A DNA stretch of 64,000 nt from Bdellovibrionales bacterium (GCA_965203785.1 OZ241911.1:736540-800539), one strand, 5' to 3'. Numbered from the stretch's first letter, positions 38,186 to 45,663 are shown. A program made the numbers and translations. Notes: generated by a model from the letters alone, not told the origin.

Positions 38186-38865
38186 CTTTACCTTGGTGGA
38201 TAATAAAAAAAGAACTTTATAAGCAAGTTATCAAAGATGTTAGTCAATACCATGGGCTACGTTATTGTATAGAGTACAACAAATTTATAATTTGTGGTGC
38301 TTGGCCAGTATATGGTGGACCTATAAGAAAAGTCCACCTTGAAGATTTTTTGATAAAGATTGTTTTTCCTAATAATTACCCAGATGACCTTCCAAAAATA
38401 TATGAAACAGGTAATAGGATAAAAACAAAAAATGCAGATACTCACTTTTATATAGATGGTTCTGCTTGTTTATTTTTTCCCACGGAGAGATATTTACATT
38501 TTCCAAAAGGCAAGGTTTTTCAATTAAAGAATTTTTTAGACGGACCAGTTAACAGCTTTTTTTTCTCACAATTACATTATATTTGTCACAAAAAATGGCC
38601 ATTTGGTCAGCGTTCACATGATATAGCAGGTTTATTAGAATTTTATGGGGAAAATTTAAGTATACCATGTAATCAAAAAAGTGTTTTAGAGGCTTTATCT
38701 TATTTATTAAAACCACAAATAAAAGGACATTGGCCTTGTCCTTGTGGGAGTGACAAAATAAGAAAATGTCATGTTAAAAACTTCAGATTGTTAAACGAAA
38801 AAATTCCTAAAAAAAATGTCATGCGAGATATAAAGTTTTTAGAAAAAAAATCTATTACGATATAG
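38182..38865 (+). CDS. E2 (UBC-fold) ubiquitin-conjugating-like protein, E2-only Cap2-type, with C-terminal SEC-C-like motif
   Basis: 227 aa. 'LIKIVFPNNYPDDLPKIYETG' followed by 'THFYIDGSACLFFP' resembles the UBC core (His88, candidate catalytic Cys96). The C-terminus carries 'HWPCPCGSDKIRKCH'. No E1 or JAB domain is present. Confidence 0.65.
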   Translation: MTLPWWIIKKELYKQVIKDVSQYHGLRYCIEYNKFIICGAWPVYGGPIRKVHLEDFLIKIVFPNNYPDDLPKIYETGNRIKTKNADTHFYIDGSACLFFPTERYLHFPKGKVFQLKNFLDGPVNSFFFSQLHYICHKKWPFGQRSHDIAGLLEFYGENLSIPCNQKSVLEALSYLLKPQIKGHWPCPCGSDKIRKCHVKNFRLLNEKIPKKNVMRDIKFLEKKSITI

Positions 38866-38969
38866 AAAAACACATTAGGAATTAGTAGTTTATTTTTAAA
38901 AAATATTGCATCTCTCAAAAAAGATATTTATAATAAAACAGAATTTACAATAAAAAGAAACTTAGAAAA

Positions 38970-39974
38970 ATGACAGTAAAAAATAAACAACAATTAGACA
39001 ATATTTCTATAAAAAAACTAGCTAGTCCACATGATAGATTTTTTAAAGGTGCTTATTCTAAACTTGAATTTGTGGTTGAGATTTTTAAACTTATTTTCTC
39101 TAAAAAGGAATTTAATGCTTGTAATTGGAAATTGCTAAAAACAGAAAAAGATAGTTTCAAAGATAAAAGAGCAGATCTTGTCTTTTCTGTCCCACTTAAG
39201 AACACTCCAAAAACTAACTTAAGAATTTTTATTCTGTTAGAGCATAAATCCAGTTATAATCCTCAACTCTTTACCCAACTACTTAACTACCAGACTTATA
39301 TCCATGAGCAAACTCTTAAAGAATCTGGTCGTCCTCAACCTGTTATCCCTGTTTTGTTCTACCATGGGAAGACAGTTTGGAAGTGGAAACTCTCTTTCCA
39401 AGAGGCTTTTTTTGGGGAGTTTTTTGCTAAAATTCCTGTTGATTTTCGAAAAAATATGCTAAACTACAGATTGAAATTATTGGATGTTCAAGATCCGAAA
39501 GTAAACAAGGTTTTAAGAGATAAGAGTTTTAAAAGCCGTGGGATTTTGAATTTATTTAGGAATATTTGGTCTCTAAAAATGAATGAGGCTGAGTTGTTGA
39601 AGATTTTACTTTTGTTTGGTAGGTTTTTAAATAAAGATGATGATTTAGTATTAAATTTGTTGGATTATTTTAAGGCTTTTGGGATGAGCCGTGTATTATG
39701 GCAAAAAGTAGAAAGATCGGCTGTTCAAAAGGGGATATTTCAAAGAGGAGGCTACATGGATATAAAAGAACATTTTAAAGAAGAAGGTCGATTGGAAGGC
39801 ATACGAAAAGGCAGACAAGAAGGTAGACAAGAAGGCAGACAAGAAGGTCGTCAAGAGTGCAGGCAAGAGGTTATTTTAAATATGCTAAAAGAAAAAGCAG
39901 ATATTACTTTTATTTCTCAAGTAACAGGGTTATCTAAGAAAGAAATAAAGAAGCTAAAAAATAGCTCAAAGTAG
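38970..39974 (+). CDS. Rpn-family recombination-promoting nuclease / putative transposase (YhgA-like PD-(D/E)XK)
   Basis: 334 aa. 'PHDRFFKG', 'RADLVFSVPL' and 'ILLEHKSS' are typical of the Transposase_31/Rpn N-terminal nuclease domain. The C-terminal tail has a GRQE repeat. Confidence 0.8.
   Translation: MTVKNKQQLDNISIKKLASPHDRFFKGAYSKLEFVVEIFKLIFSKKEFNACNWKLLKTEKDSFKDKRADLVFSVPLKNTPKTNLRIFILLEHKSSYNPQLFTQLLNYQTYIHEQTLKESGRPQPVIPVLFYHGKTVWKWKLSFQEAFFGEFFAKIPVDFRKNMLNYRLKLLDVQDPKVNKVLRDKSFKSRGILNLFRNIWSLKMNEAELLKILLLFGRFLNKDDDLVLNLLDYFKAFGMSRVLWQKVERSAVQKGIFQRGGYMDIKEHFKEEGRLEGIRKGRQEGRQEGRQEGRQECRQEVILNMLKEKADITFISQVTGLSKKEIKKLKNSSK
39810..39869. repeat. 5 x 12-bp in-frame tandem repeat (GRQE)n in rpn
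   Basis: The units are ggcagacaagaa / ggtagacaagaa / ggcagacaagaa / ggtcgtcaagag / tgcaggcaagag. Confidence 0.9.
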
Positions 39975-40067
39975 AGAAAAATACTAACTTTTAAAACTAT
40001 AGACAAAACTTATTATTGCTTTGCATTTTATTTTGATCTTTTCTGTTTTTTATTATAGAAATACTTT

Positions 40068-40262
40068 ATGGTTACTAATAAAAATTACAAAAAGAAAAGT
40101 TACAAAAAGGATCGAGATATTCTCTCATTTTTTCAAAAAAATCAGGAAGAGGTGATTTTTCATGGAGATTGCTTAAAATTTCTTAGTCAAATACCAAATG
40201 CATCCATAAACTAATAGTAACTTCTCCACCTTATAACATAGGGAAAGAGTATGAAAATAAAT
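40068..40262 (+). pseudogene. N4/N6 DNA methyltransferase N-terminal fragment (frameshifted, truncated)
   Basis: It reads 'MVTNKNYKK...EVIFHGDCLKFLSQIPNASIN' then stops. In the next frame it continues 'KLIVTSPPYNIGKEYENKL' (SPPY motif IV). It ends at a junction with a family-B fragment. Confidence 0.65.
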
Positions 40263-40378
40263 TAACTTTGTTCGTAATGCGAGAACTATTGCCAGTTGCT
40301 TTTATCACAAATAACCCCTTTTTTTTCAGCATACTTGCCTGCTCCTGCTTATATTTTTAAATAAGCCATAGGAGGAGA
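40262..40378 (-). pseudogene. 3'-end fragment of a family-B (DUF3782-like) gene
   Basis: About 115 bp closely match 44806-44925 and encode '...GLFVIKATGNSSRITNKVN'. Similarity stops abruptly at 40370. Confidence 0.7.
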
Positions 40379-40547
40379 GAGAGAGGGGGGGGCACCGGGG
40401 CACCAAAAGCACAAGCACAAGCACAACCTAGCCAACACCATTTAGTATTACCACCAATTTACACTTCTAACGAAGGGTTTACGGAATACAGGTTTTTAAT
40501 AAACCCAGTTGGTGCGATACGGTCGACAATACAATTATCTAATGTCT

Positions 40548-40947
40548 CTAAAGGTCAAAAACTTTTTTACACTTTAATGTTTTAGACTTTAAGTGGTCAT
40601 CTATTAATGCATTTGTTGTACTCCAGTTATTGTGCATCTGTGCAATAGTTAATGGGATATTACCCTGATTATTTTTGATATTCTTATCTGCTCCTTGTTG
40701 TAATAATTGTCTTATTTTATCAGCACCACCATGTAGTGTTACTATATGTAGAGGTGTGTTCCCGTTATAATCTTTAAAATTGACATCAGCTCCATGTTTT
40801 AAAAGTATTGGTATTATATACTTAGACCAAGATGCAGTTCGATAGCCAACAGTTGAATGGAGTGTTGCATGACCATTTTTACCAACTTGTAAATTCAGGT
40901 TTGCTCCTTTTTCAATAAGAAAAAACCATTTATTGCTCTTTTTTTAG
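40548..40947 (-). pseudogene. Ankyrin-repeat gene fragment (C-terminal part, no start codon)
   Basis: An open frame without Met reads '...LIEKGANLNLQVGKNGHATLHS...LLKHGADVNFKDYNGNTPLHIVTLHGGADKIRQLLQQGADKNIKNNQGNIPLTIA...', ending at TAG 40548-40550. Confidence 0.6.
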
Positions 40948-41064
40948 CTCTTTATCCCACATGCTAAGTTCACATGCCGTTACATGGGATTTGTTTAAAA
41001 TACTATTATAGCGTATGTTTCCAATCTATGCCCAAAATGAACCACTTTTGACGCTCAAGGGCTA

Positions 41065-41185
41065 GGCTTTTGGGATGAGTCGTGTATTATGGCAAAGAGT
41101 AGAAAGATCAGTTGTTAAAAAAAGGGGATATTTTAAAAAGGAGGTTACATGAATATAAAAAAATATTTTAAAGAAGAAAATCATA
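41065..41185 (+). pseudogene. Degenerate internal fragment of an rpn gene
   Basis: This stretch aligns by eye to 39671-39790 ('AFGMSRVLWQKVERSAVQKGIFQRGGYMDIKEHFKEEG') but carries stops and frameshifts. It is preceded at 41041-41065 by ~25 bp matching the family-B gene at 45285-45307. Confidence 0.6.
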
Positions 41186-41224
41186 GATGCATTTTAAAAA
41201 AACATATTGGATGGAAACACATAA

Positions 41225-41932
41225 TTGTATAATTTAGAACAGACTAAAATAAAAAATATTATAATATTTTTTATAGTAATTGTTTTTTTACCAGCTTGCT
41301 TTGGTAGAAGAAATAATAATGCTCAACAGGGAAACTCTCAACCACAAAGAACCTCTCAAAACATACCTAATACACAAACTCGAACTGTCACTAACACTAC
41401 ACAACCTATTCAACCCAATCAATTTGGTCAAAGGAATGTTGCTGGAGTGGCTAATACACAATTTAACAATCCTCGTACTCGTATGAACACTACCTGTAGC
41501 TGGGGTTTTGTAGGACCTAAAAGATTTAATTGTTTAAATAACACTTATGTTTATGGTTCTGTAATGTGTGGTGTAAATGTCAGACAAGCGTTTTGTGAGC
41601 AACGTTTTAGTCACGATGTTTCTACTTGCATAGCAGACAATTCACCAAACACTCAATCGTGCAATCAACAAATGCAAAGACAAAGAACGTCATCAACAAC
41701 AGATGGATCAGTTATTCCGGATCCAACTTGTAATTTTGGTTCTATAGGACCAAGGTTTGTTAGCTGTGATGGTAAAGATTATGCGTATATTGGTTCTGCA
41801 ATATGTAATTTACAAATTTATAACCGTATATTTTGTGAGAGAAGACTTATTAGCAATATTCAATCTTGTATAGCAGATAATAGAGCGGATACTTTGCTTT
41901 GTTTAGGGCAACATTTTCCAAATGGATTTTGA
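41225..41932 (+). CDS. Exported Cys-rich protein with an internal domain duplication (possible lipoprotein)
   Basis: 235 aa with a TTG start and the signal 'IIIFFIVIVFLPAC'. A Q/N/T-rich linker is followed by two ~60-aa six-Cys repeats ('TCSWGFVGPKRFNC...CIADNSPNTQSC' and 'TCNFGSIGPRFVSC...CIADNRADTLLC'). Confidence 0.5.
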   Translation: MYNLEQTKIKNIIIFFIVIVFLPACFGRRNNNAQQGNSQPQRTSQNIPNTQTRTVTNTTQPIQPNQFGQRNVAGVANTQFNNPRTRMNTTCSWGFVGPKRFNCLNNTYVYGSVMCGVNVRQAFCEQRFSHDVSTCIADNSPNTQSCNQQMQRQRTSSTTDGSVIPDPTCNFGSIGPRFVSCDGKDYAYIGSAICNLQIYNRIFCERRLISNIQSCIADNRADTLLCLGQHFPNGF

Positions 41933-41974
41933 TTAGTATATATTTATTAAAAAAACTGTAACTGTATAATCAGA

Positions 41975-43186
41975 TTAAATTTTCTGGCAAACAATAATAT
42001 ATTCTGTATGCATAGTGTTCACCTTTTTTCCAACAACATTTGTGGGGGAGTTTTGGGCAGGCATAGTTTTTGATGAAATCAATCGTTCATAAGTGAGAAC
42101 ATGTGTAAAACCATTTTTTTCAAATTGTTCTGCAATAAATTGATCAGTTGGCAAAGTAATATTTTTAACAGTTCTGTTGCCAACCACATAAATAGAAAAT
42201 CCTTTATTTGTAATACTTTGAGAAACCTCTTTAATAGATTTTTCTAAATCTATATAAAAAGAAGAAACCTCTAAAGCTCTTTTATAGTTAATGTTACTTA
42301 TTTTTTTAATAGGTGAAGATAAAACTCCTTTGTTATATAAATTTTTAGCTTTCTTTCCTCCCATTAGTTGAGAATCAATTTTTCTGGCACTTGGGAAACC
42401 AATCCACTCATTAGAAAGAGTGGAAAATTGTCCATAAGCTACCGTTGTTTTACTATCTCCATAAGGTGGACTAGTTAATACAGCATCATATTTGTTTTTT
42501 TGGCATATAAATTCCCTATTATAAAAATAAAACTTTTGTTTTTTAAGCAAAGATAGATACACTTCTGTATAATTAGTTAAAATTTTATCTAAATTTTTGA
42601 AATACAATTCAAATACATCTGGATTAAAAAGTTTTCTCTTTTCTTCTGTCATCCTATAAAGCTTAAATTCACTATTTCTGGTATAAGAAACAAATCGGAC
42701 TGTTTCAGAAAAAGCAAGCCAAAATAAAAGTTGGTATTTTTTGTTATCCACTTCTTCCAATATAGAGTGTCTGATAATTGATAAATCTTTAATTATTCTA
42801 TTAGAGAACCAAAAGTTAATGTTTGTTACAAAAGGGGGTAAAATGTTTTCTTCTTCATAATAAATAGCATATTCTATATTTTTTCTGTATTCAGAAAGTT
42901 TTTTTGTATTAAGTTTTGTATATTTTGCTTTGGCAATCAAAATAGCTAATGGGTTTATGTCGAAACCATGAAATTCTGAAAAACCAGAAGCAATCCCCGC
43001 CAATACAGAAGAACCTGTGCCACAATAAGGATCTAATAAGTAATTTTTATTGATTTTTAATTCTTTAAAAAGTTCAATACCAATTTGAGGTAACATGGTT
43101 GCCGGATATTTATGAAGATTAGGGAATCGAGTAGAATAACTTTCCCCTTTAAAATCATAACTATTATTTATTTGCATCTCATACAT
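41975..43186 (-). CDS. DNA methyltransferase (N6-adenine or N4-cytosine), apparently orphan
   Basis: 403 aa. The AdoMet motif I 'LLDPYCGTGSSVLAG' (aa ~50) and catalytic motif IV 'LTSPPYGDS' (aa ~238) are separated by ~185 aa. No adjacent endonuclease-sized ORF is present. Confidence 0.75.
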   Translation of the reverse strand: MYEMQINNSYDFKGESYSTRFPNLHKYPATMLPQIGIELFKELKINKNYLLDPYCGTGSSVLAGIASGFSEFHGFDINPLAILIAKAKYTKLNTKKLSEYRKNIEYAIYYEEENILPPFVTNINFWFSNRIIKDLSIIRHSILEEVDNKKYQLLFWLAFSETVRFVSYTRNSEFKLYRMTEEKRKLFNPDVFELYFKNLDKILTNYTEVYLSLLKKQKFYFYNREFICQKNKYDAVLTSPPYGDSKTTVAYGQFSTLSNEWIGFPSARKIDSQLMGGKKAKNLYNKGVLSSPIKKISNINYKRALEVSSFYIDLEKSIKEVSQSITNKGFSIYVVGNRTVKNITLPTDQFIAEQFEKNGFTHVLTYERLISSKTMPAQNSPTNVVGKKVNTMHTEYIIVCQKI

Positions 43187-43600
43187 AATTAATTATAATG
43201 CTATTTCTAGTATATTTGAAAATAAATTAATTAGTTTATTTGCTTTAACTCTGAAACCTGTTCCATGGTTTCTTGCCATGGTTGTTTTATTATGTAATCT
43301 TAAATCTATTACCAAATCTCCTAGTTGGTCCTTTTCTTTTAGATCGAATAAAACCTTTATTTTTTATATTTTTTAATTTTTTTTGAAACTCTGTGATTTT
43401 CATAATTTCTTTCTTTTTATTTTTGTTGAGTCAAGTGAACAACTTTTCTTCTGACATCACGCACAAAATTTTTCTTTCTCAAGCATTTTTATTTAATGTG
43501 TAACAACTAGATTTTTCCTAAAAATTTAACTTATTAATTATTTTTTTTAATAAATTTAATCTTAAATCTGTTATGTTTTTTTCTCATTATAATAGCTTAC

Positions 43601-43735
43601 TTTTAAAAAATGTTGCATCTCTCAAAATAGGTTATTTTAAATATGCTGAAAGAAAAAGCAGATATTAACTTTATTTCTCAAGTAACAGGTTTGTCTAAGA
43701 AAGAAATAAAGAAGCTAAAAAATAGCTCAAAGTAG
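43601..43735 (+). pseudogene. Deletion derivative of rpn: promoter-like region joined to the last ~100 bp
   Basis: 43601-43628 matches 38893-38920 upstream of the intact rpn ('ttaaaaaatRttgcatctctcaaaa'). 43631-43735 matches 39870-39974 almost base for base. It retains the ORF ATG 43643..43735 'MLKEKADINFISQVTGLSKKEIKKLKNSSK'. Confidence 0.7.
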
Positions 43736-43812
43736 AAATAAAAGCTTCTTGCTATTTATTTCATTTAGTTTTCTCTAAATATTTAAAACTAACTGTTTTT
43801 TTATATTAAAAA

Positions 43813-44487
43813 CTATTGATTTAAAATATTCTGTTCCGCTTTTTGTTCTATTGCTACTTCCTTTAATGCATAAGTGAATATATGACAAAAAACAGCAGCT
43901 GAAGCTCCTAATAATGGTATCGAAAGACCAGCAATTCCTTTAAGTGTCATAGAGCTTTTTAATCCACCATTTATGAGGAATATAGGAATCCCTATAAGTG
44001 AACCAAACAGAGTACCCAATATTGCTGAATTTTTCTCATCGATAAAGTGACCTTTTAAAAATAGATGATAATCCTGTGGTTCAATAGATTTTAAGATACG
44101 TCTTGTTTCTATACCACCTATAATACACGCAAGACCTACTGAAGCAGCACCTGCTAATGGAAGTGATACTTTTTTTTTAACCAAAGAATTTTCTTTATTA
44201 TTTAAGTATTCACTGGCTATGTTATTTATTATTTGTGTATCTTCATTGTTACATTTTGTAACAGAGTTTTCATATTGTGCTGATATATTGTTTTGATCTT
44301 TTAGGTTTTCAAAATCTGTTATACAAACTGTTCCATCTTCTTTTAAATACAACGCATGAGATAGTGGTAAATTATAATCTTCCATGTTTTGATCTTTCAT
44401 ATAGTGGTAAGATAGCCCAATTGCAAAACTAAAATTTTGAAACAATATTATAAAACTTGTAGCACTTAGTATTAAATATTTTTTCAT
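43813..44487 (-). CDS. Secreted/membrane hypothetical protein, family 'A' (paralog of 25894..26610)
   Basis: 224 aa. It shares the N-terminal ~70 aa and the Gly-rich hydrophobic C-terminus ('GTLFGSLIGIPIFLING') with the paralog. Confidence 0.55.
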   Translation of the reverse strand: MKKYLILSATSFIILFQNFSFAIGLSYHYMKDQNMEDYNLPLSHALYLKEDGTVCITDFENLKDQNNISAQYENSVTKCNNEDTQIINNIASEYLNNKENSLVKKKVSLPLAGAASVGLACIIGGIETRRILKSIEPQDYHLFLKGHFIDEKNSAILGTLFGSLIGIPIFLINGGLKSSMTLKGIAGLSIPLLGASAAVFCHIFTYALKEVAIEQKAEQNILNQ

Positions 44488-44776
44488 AATTTGTACCTCA
44501 TTTTTTGATTATTATTAAAAAACTGCATAAATTTAAAAACTACATAATTAAAAAAAAAATACAACATTAAAATAAAAAAAATGTAAGTTAATATCAATTT
44601 TTTTATACGCATTTACATTTTAAACCATTAAATAGTGTAATTATTACACTATTTCTTTAGTGATTCTTTTATAAGAAAGTTCATTTAAAAGGAGATATAA
44701 CTTTTTTCTTTGTAACAGTTGTGCTTTTCTTTGTATGTAATCTTGAAGTATACATTATATTGAGTTTTAATAATTT

Positions 44777-45418
44777 TTATGCAGTAGAAAAATCCTTTGG
44801 CTTAAAATTAGCTTTGTTCGTAATACGAGAACTATTACCAGTTGCTTTTATTACAAATAACCCTTTTTTTTCAGCATATTTGTCTGCTCCTTTTTGTATC
44901 CTTAAATAAGCCATAGCACCATATACTACCTTGTCTCTATACTCCCTAAAATAACGAGTAAAATCCTTTAACACATCTAAAAAATCGTTTACATCTTGTT
45001 TGTTGCAATCACTTTTGACTTCTACAGCTACTACCTCTTTACCGTTACGAGCTAAAATGTCAATCTCACATTCTTTATCTTCCTCACGAGCTTTAGTGGC
45101 TTTAATAACCCCTTGTAACCTTCTTGTTGTACCATCAATTTGAATACCTTTTTCTGCTAACCTCTTTAATAAATCCCCCTCTACTAAACTCTCTACTAAC
45201 TTACCCCAGTTGTTACTAAAAGTACCAAAAGCTTTGTCTATTTTTTTATCAGTTGCCTTTTGAATCTCTTGCATCTCTTGCTCCCACTTTTTACGCTCAA
45301 GGGCTAGCTCTTTTGTATACTTTTTACGATCCAGAGTAATCTCTTTTAAAATACGTCTAATTTCTGCAAAAGTAGGTGCAGATTGAGCCATTTGTATTCT
45401 CCTTTTTTTTTGTTCCAC
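44777..45418 (-). CDS. PD-(D/E)XK nuclease-fold protein (DUF3782-like), family 'B'
   Basis: 213 aa with core 'CEIDILARNGKEVVAVEVKS'. It is a paralog of 27362..28108 and lacks the expanded 33-bp repeat. Confidence 0.6.
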   Translation of the reverse strand: MEQKKRRIQMAQSAPTFAEIRRILKEITLDRKKYTKELALERKKWEQEMQEIQKATDKKIDKAFGTFSNNWGKLVESLVEGDLLKRLAEKGIQIDGTTRRLQGVIKATKAREEDKECEIDILARNGKEVVAVEVKSDCNKQDVNDFLDVLKDFTRYFREYRDKVVYGAMAYLRIQKGADKYAEKKGLFVIKATGNSSRITNKANFKPKDFSTA

Positions 45419-45497
45419 TTCTGTTTTGTAATAATAGTGTGCTTAATCTTTTTAGCACTTATTTAAGTGTACAATTTATTGATTAAAAAAGCAAATT

Positions 45498-45572
45498 TAA
45501 AAACAAACAAAAAGTAGACAATATTCCTATAAAAAAACTGGCTAGTCTACTAGCTATAGATTCTTTAAAAGA
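45498..45572 (+). pseudogene. 5'-end fragment of an rpn gene next to the tRNA-Ala 3' end
   Basis: The fragment 'aaaaacaaacaaaaagtagacaatattcctataaaaaaactggctagtc...' aligns to 38981-39055, the N-terminal codons of the intact rpn ('KQQLDNISIKKLASPHDRFF'). It has no start codon and lies ~15 bp from the tRNA. Confidence 0.6.
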
Positions 45573-45587
45573 ACTTGTATCACTTAA

Positions 45588-45663
45588 TGGTGGAGGTGAC
45601 AGGACTTGAACCTGCAACCTTCTGAATGCAAATCAGATGCTCTACCAGTTGAGCTACACCCCC
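45588..45663 (-). tRNA. tRNA-Ala (anticodon UGC)
   Basis: The reverse complement reads GGGGGTG-TA-GCTC-AACTGGTA-GAGC-A-TCTGA-TTTGCAT-TCAGA-AGGTT-GCAGG-TTCAAGT-CCTGT-CACCTCC-A-CCA. The G3:U70 Ala identity pair is present and CCA is encoded. Confidence 0.9.

Larger units (their letters stand above)
25894..45587. other. Accessory/defence island abutting the 3' end of tRNA-Ala
   Basis: The span holds only accessory, defence-type, fragmentary or paralogous genes. Spot counts of 60-nt lines gave ~25-28% GC here versus ~33-48% in flanking core genes. It ends at a tRNA 3' end, and no integrase was seen. Confidence 0.6.

Noticed and set aside
43263-43281. CCATGG-N7-CCATGG between the methyltransferase and a 37-codon basic ORF, considered as a hairpin terminator or methylase target pair.
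   Set aside because: The stem is only 6 bp and its flanks do not extend the pairing. There is no suitable U-run for the minus-strand genes. Two copies of a 6-mer are not evidence for a recognition site.
25894-45587. Search for an integrase or transposase and att direct repeats defining a classical integrative element.
   Set aside because: No tyrosine or serine recombinase or DDE transposase motifs appear in any ORF of the island. I found no copy of the tRNA-Ala 3' end by eye. The island is therefore reported only as a compositional and gene-content island.
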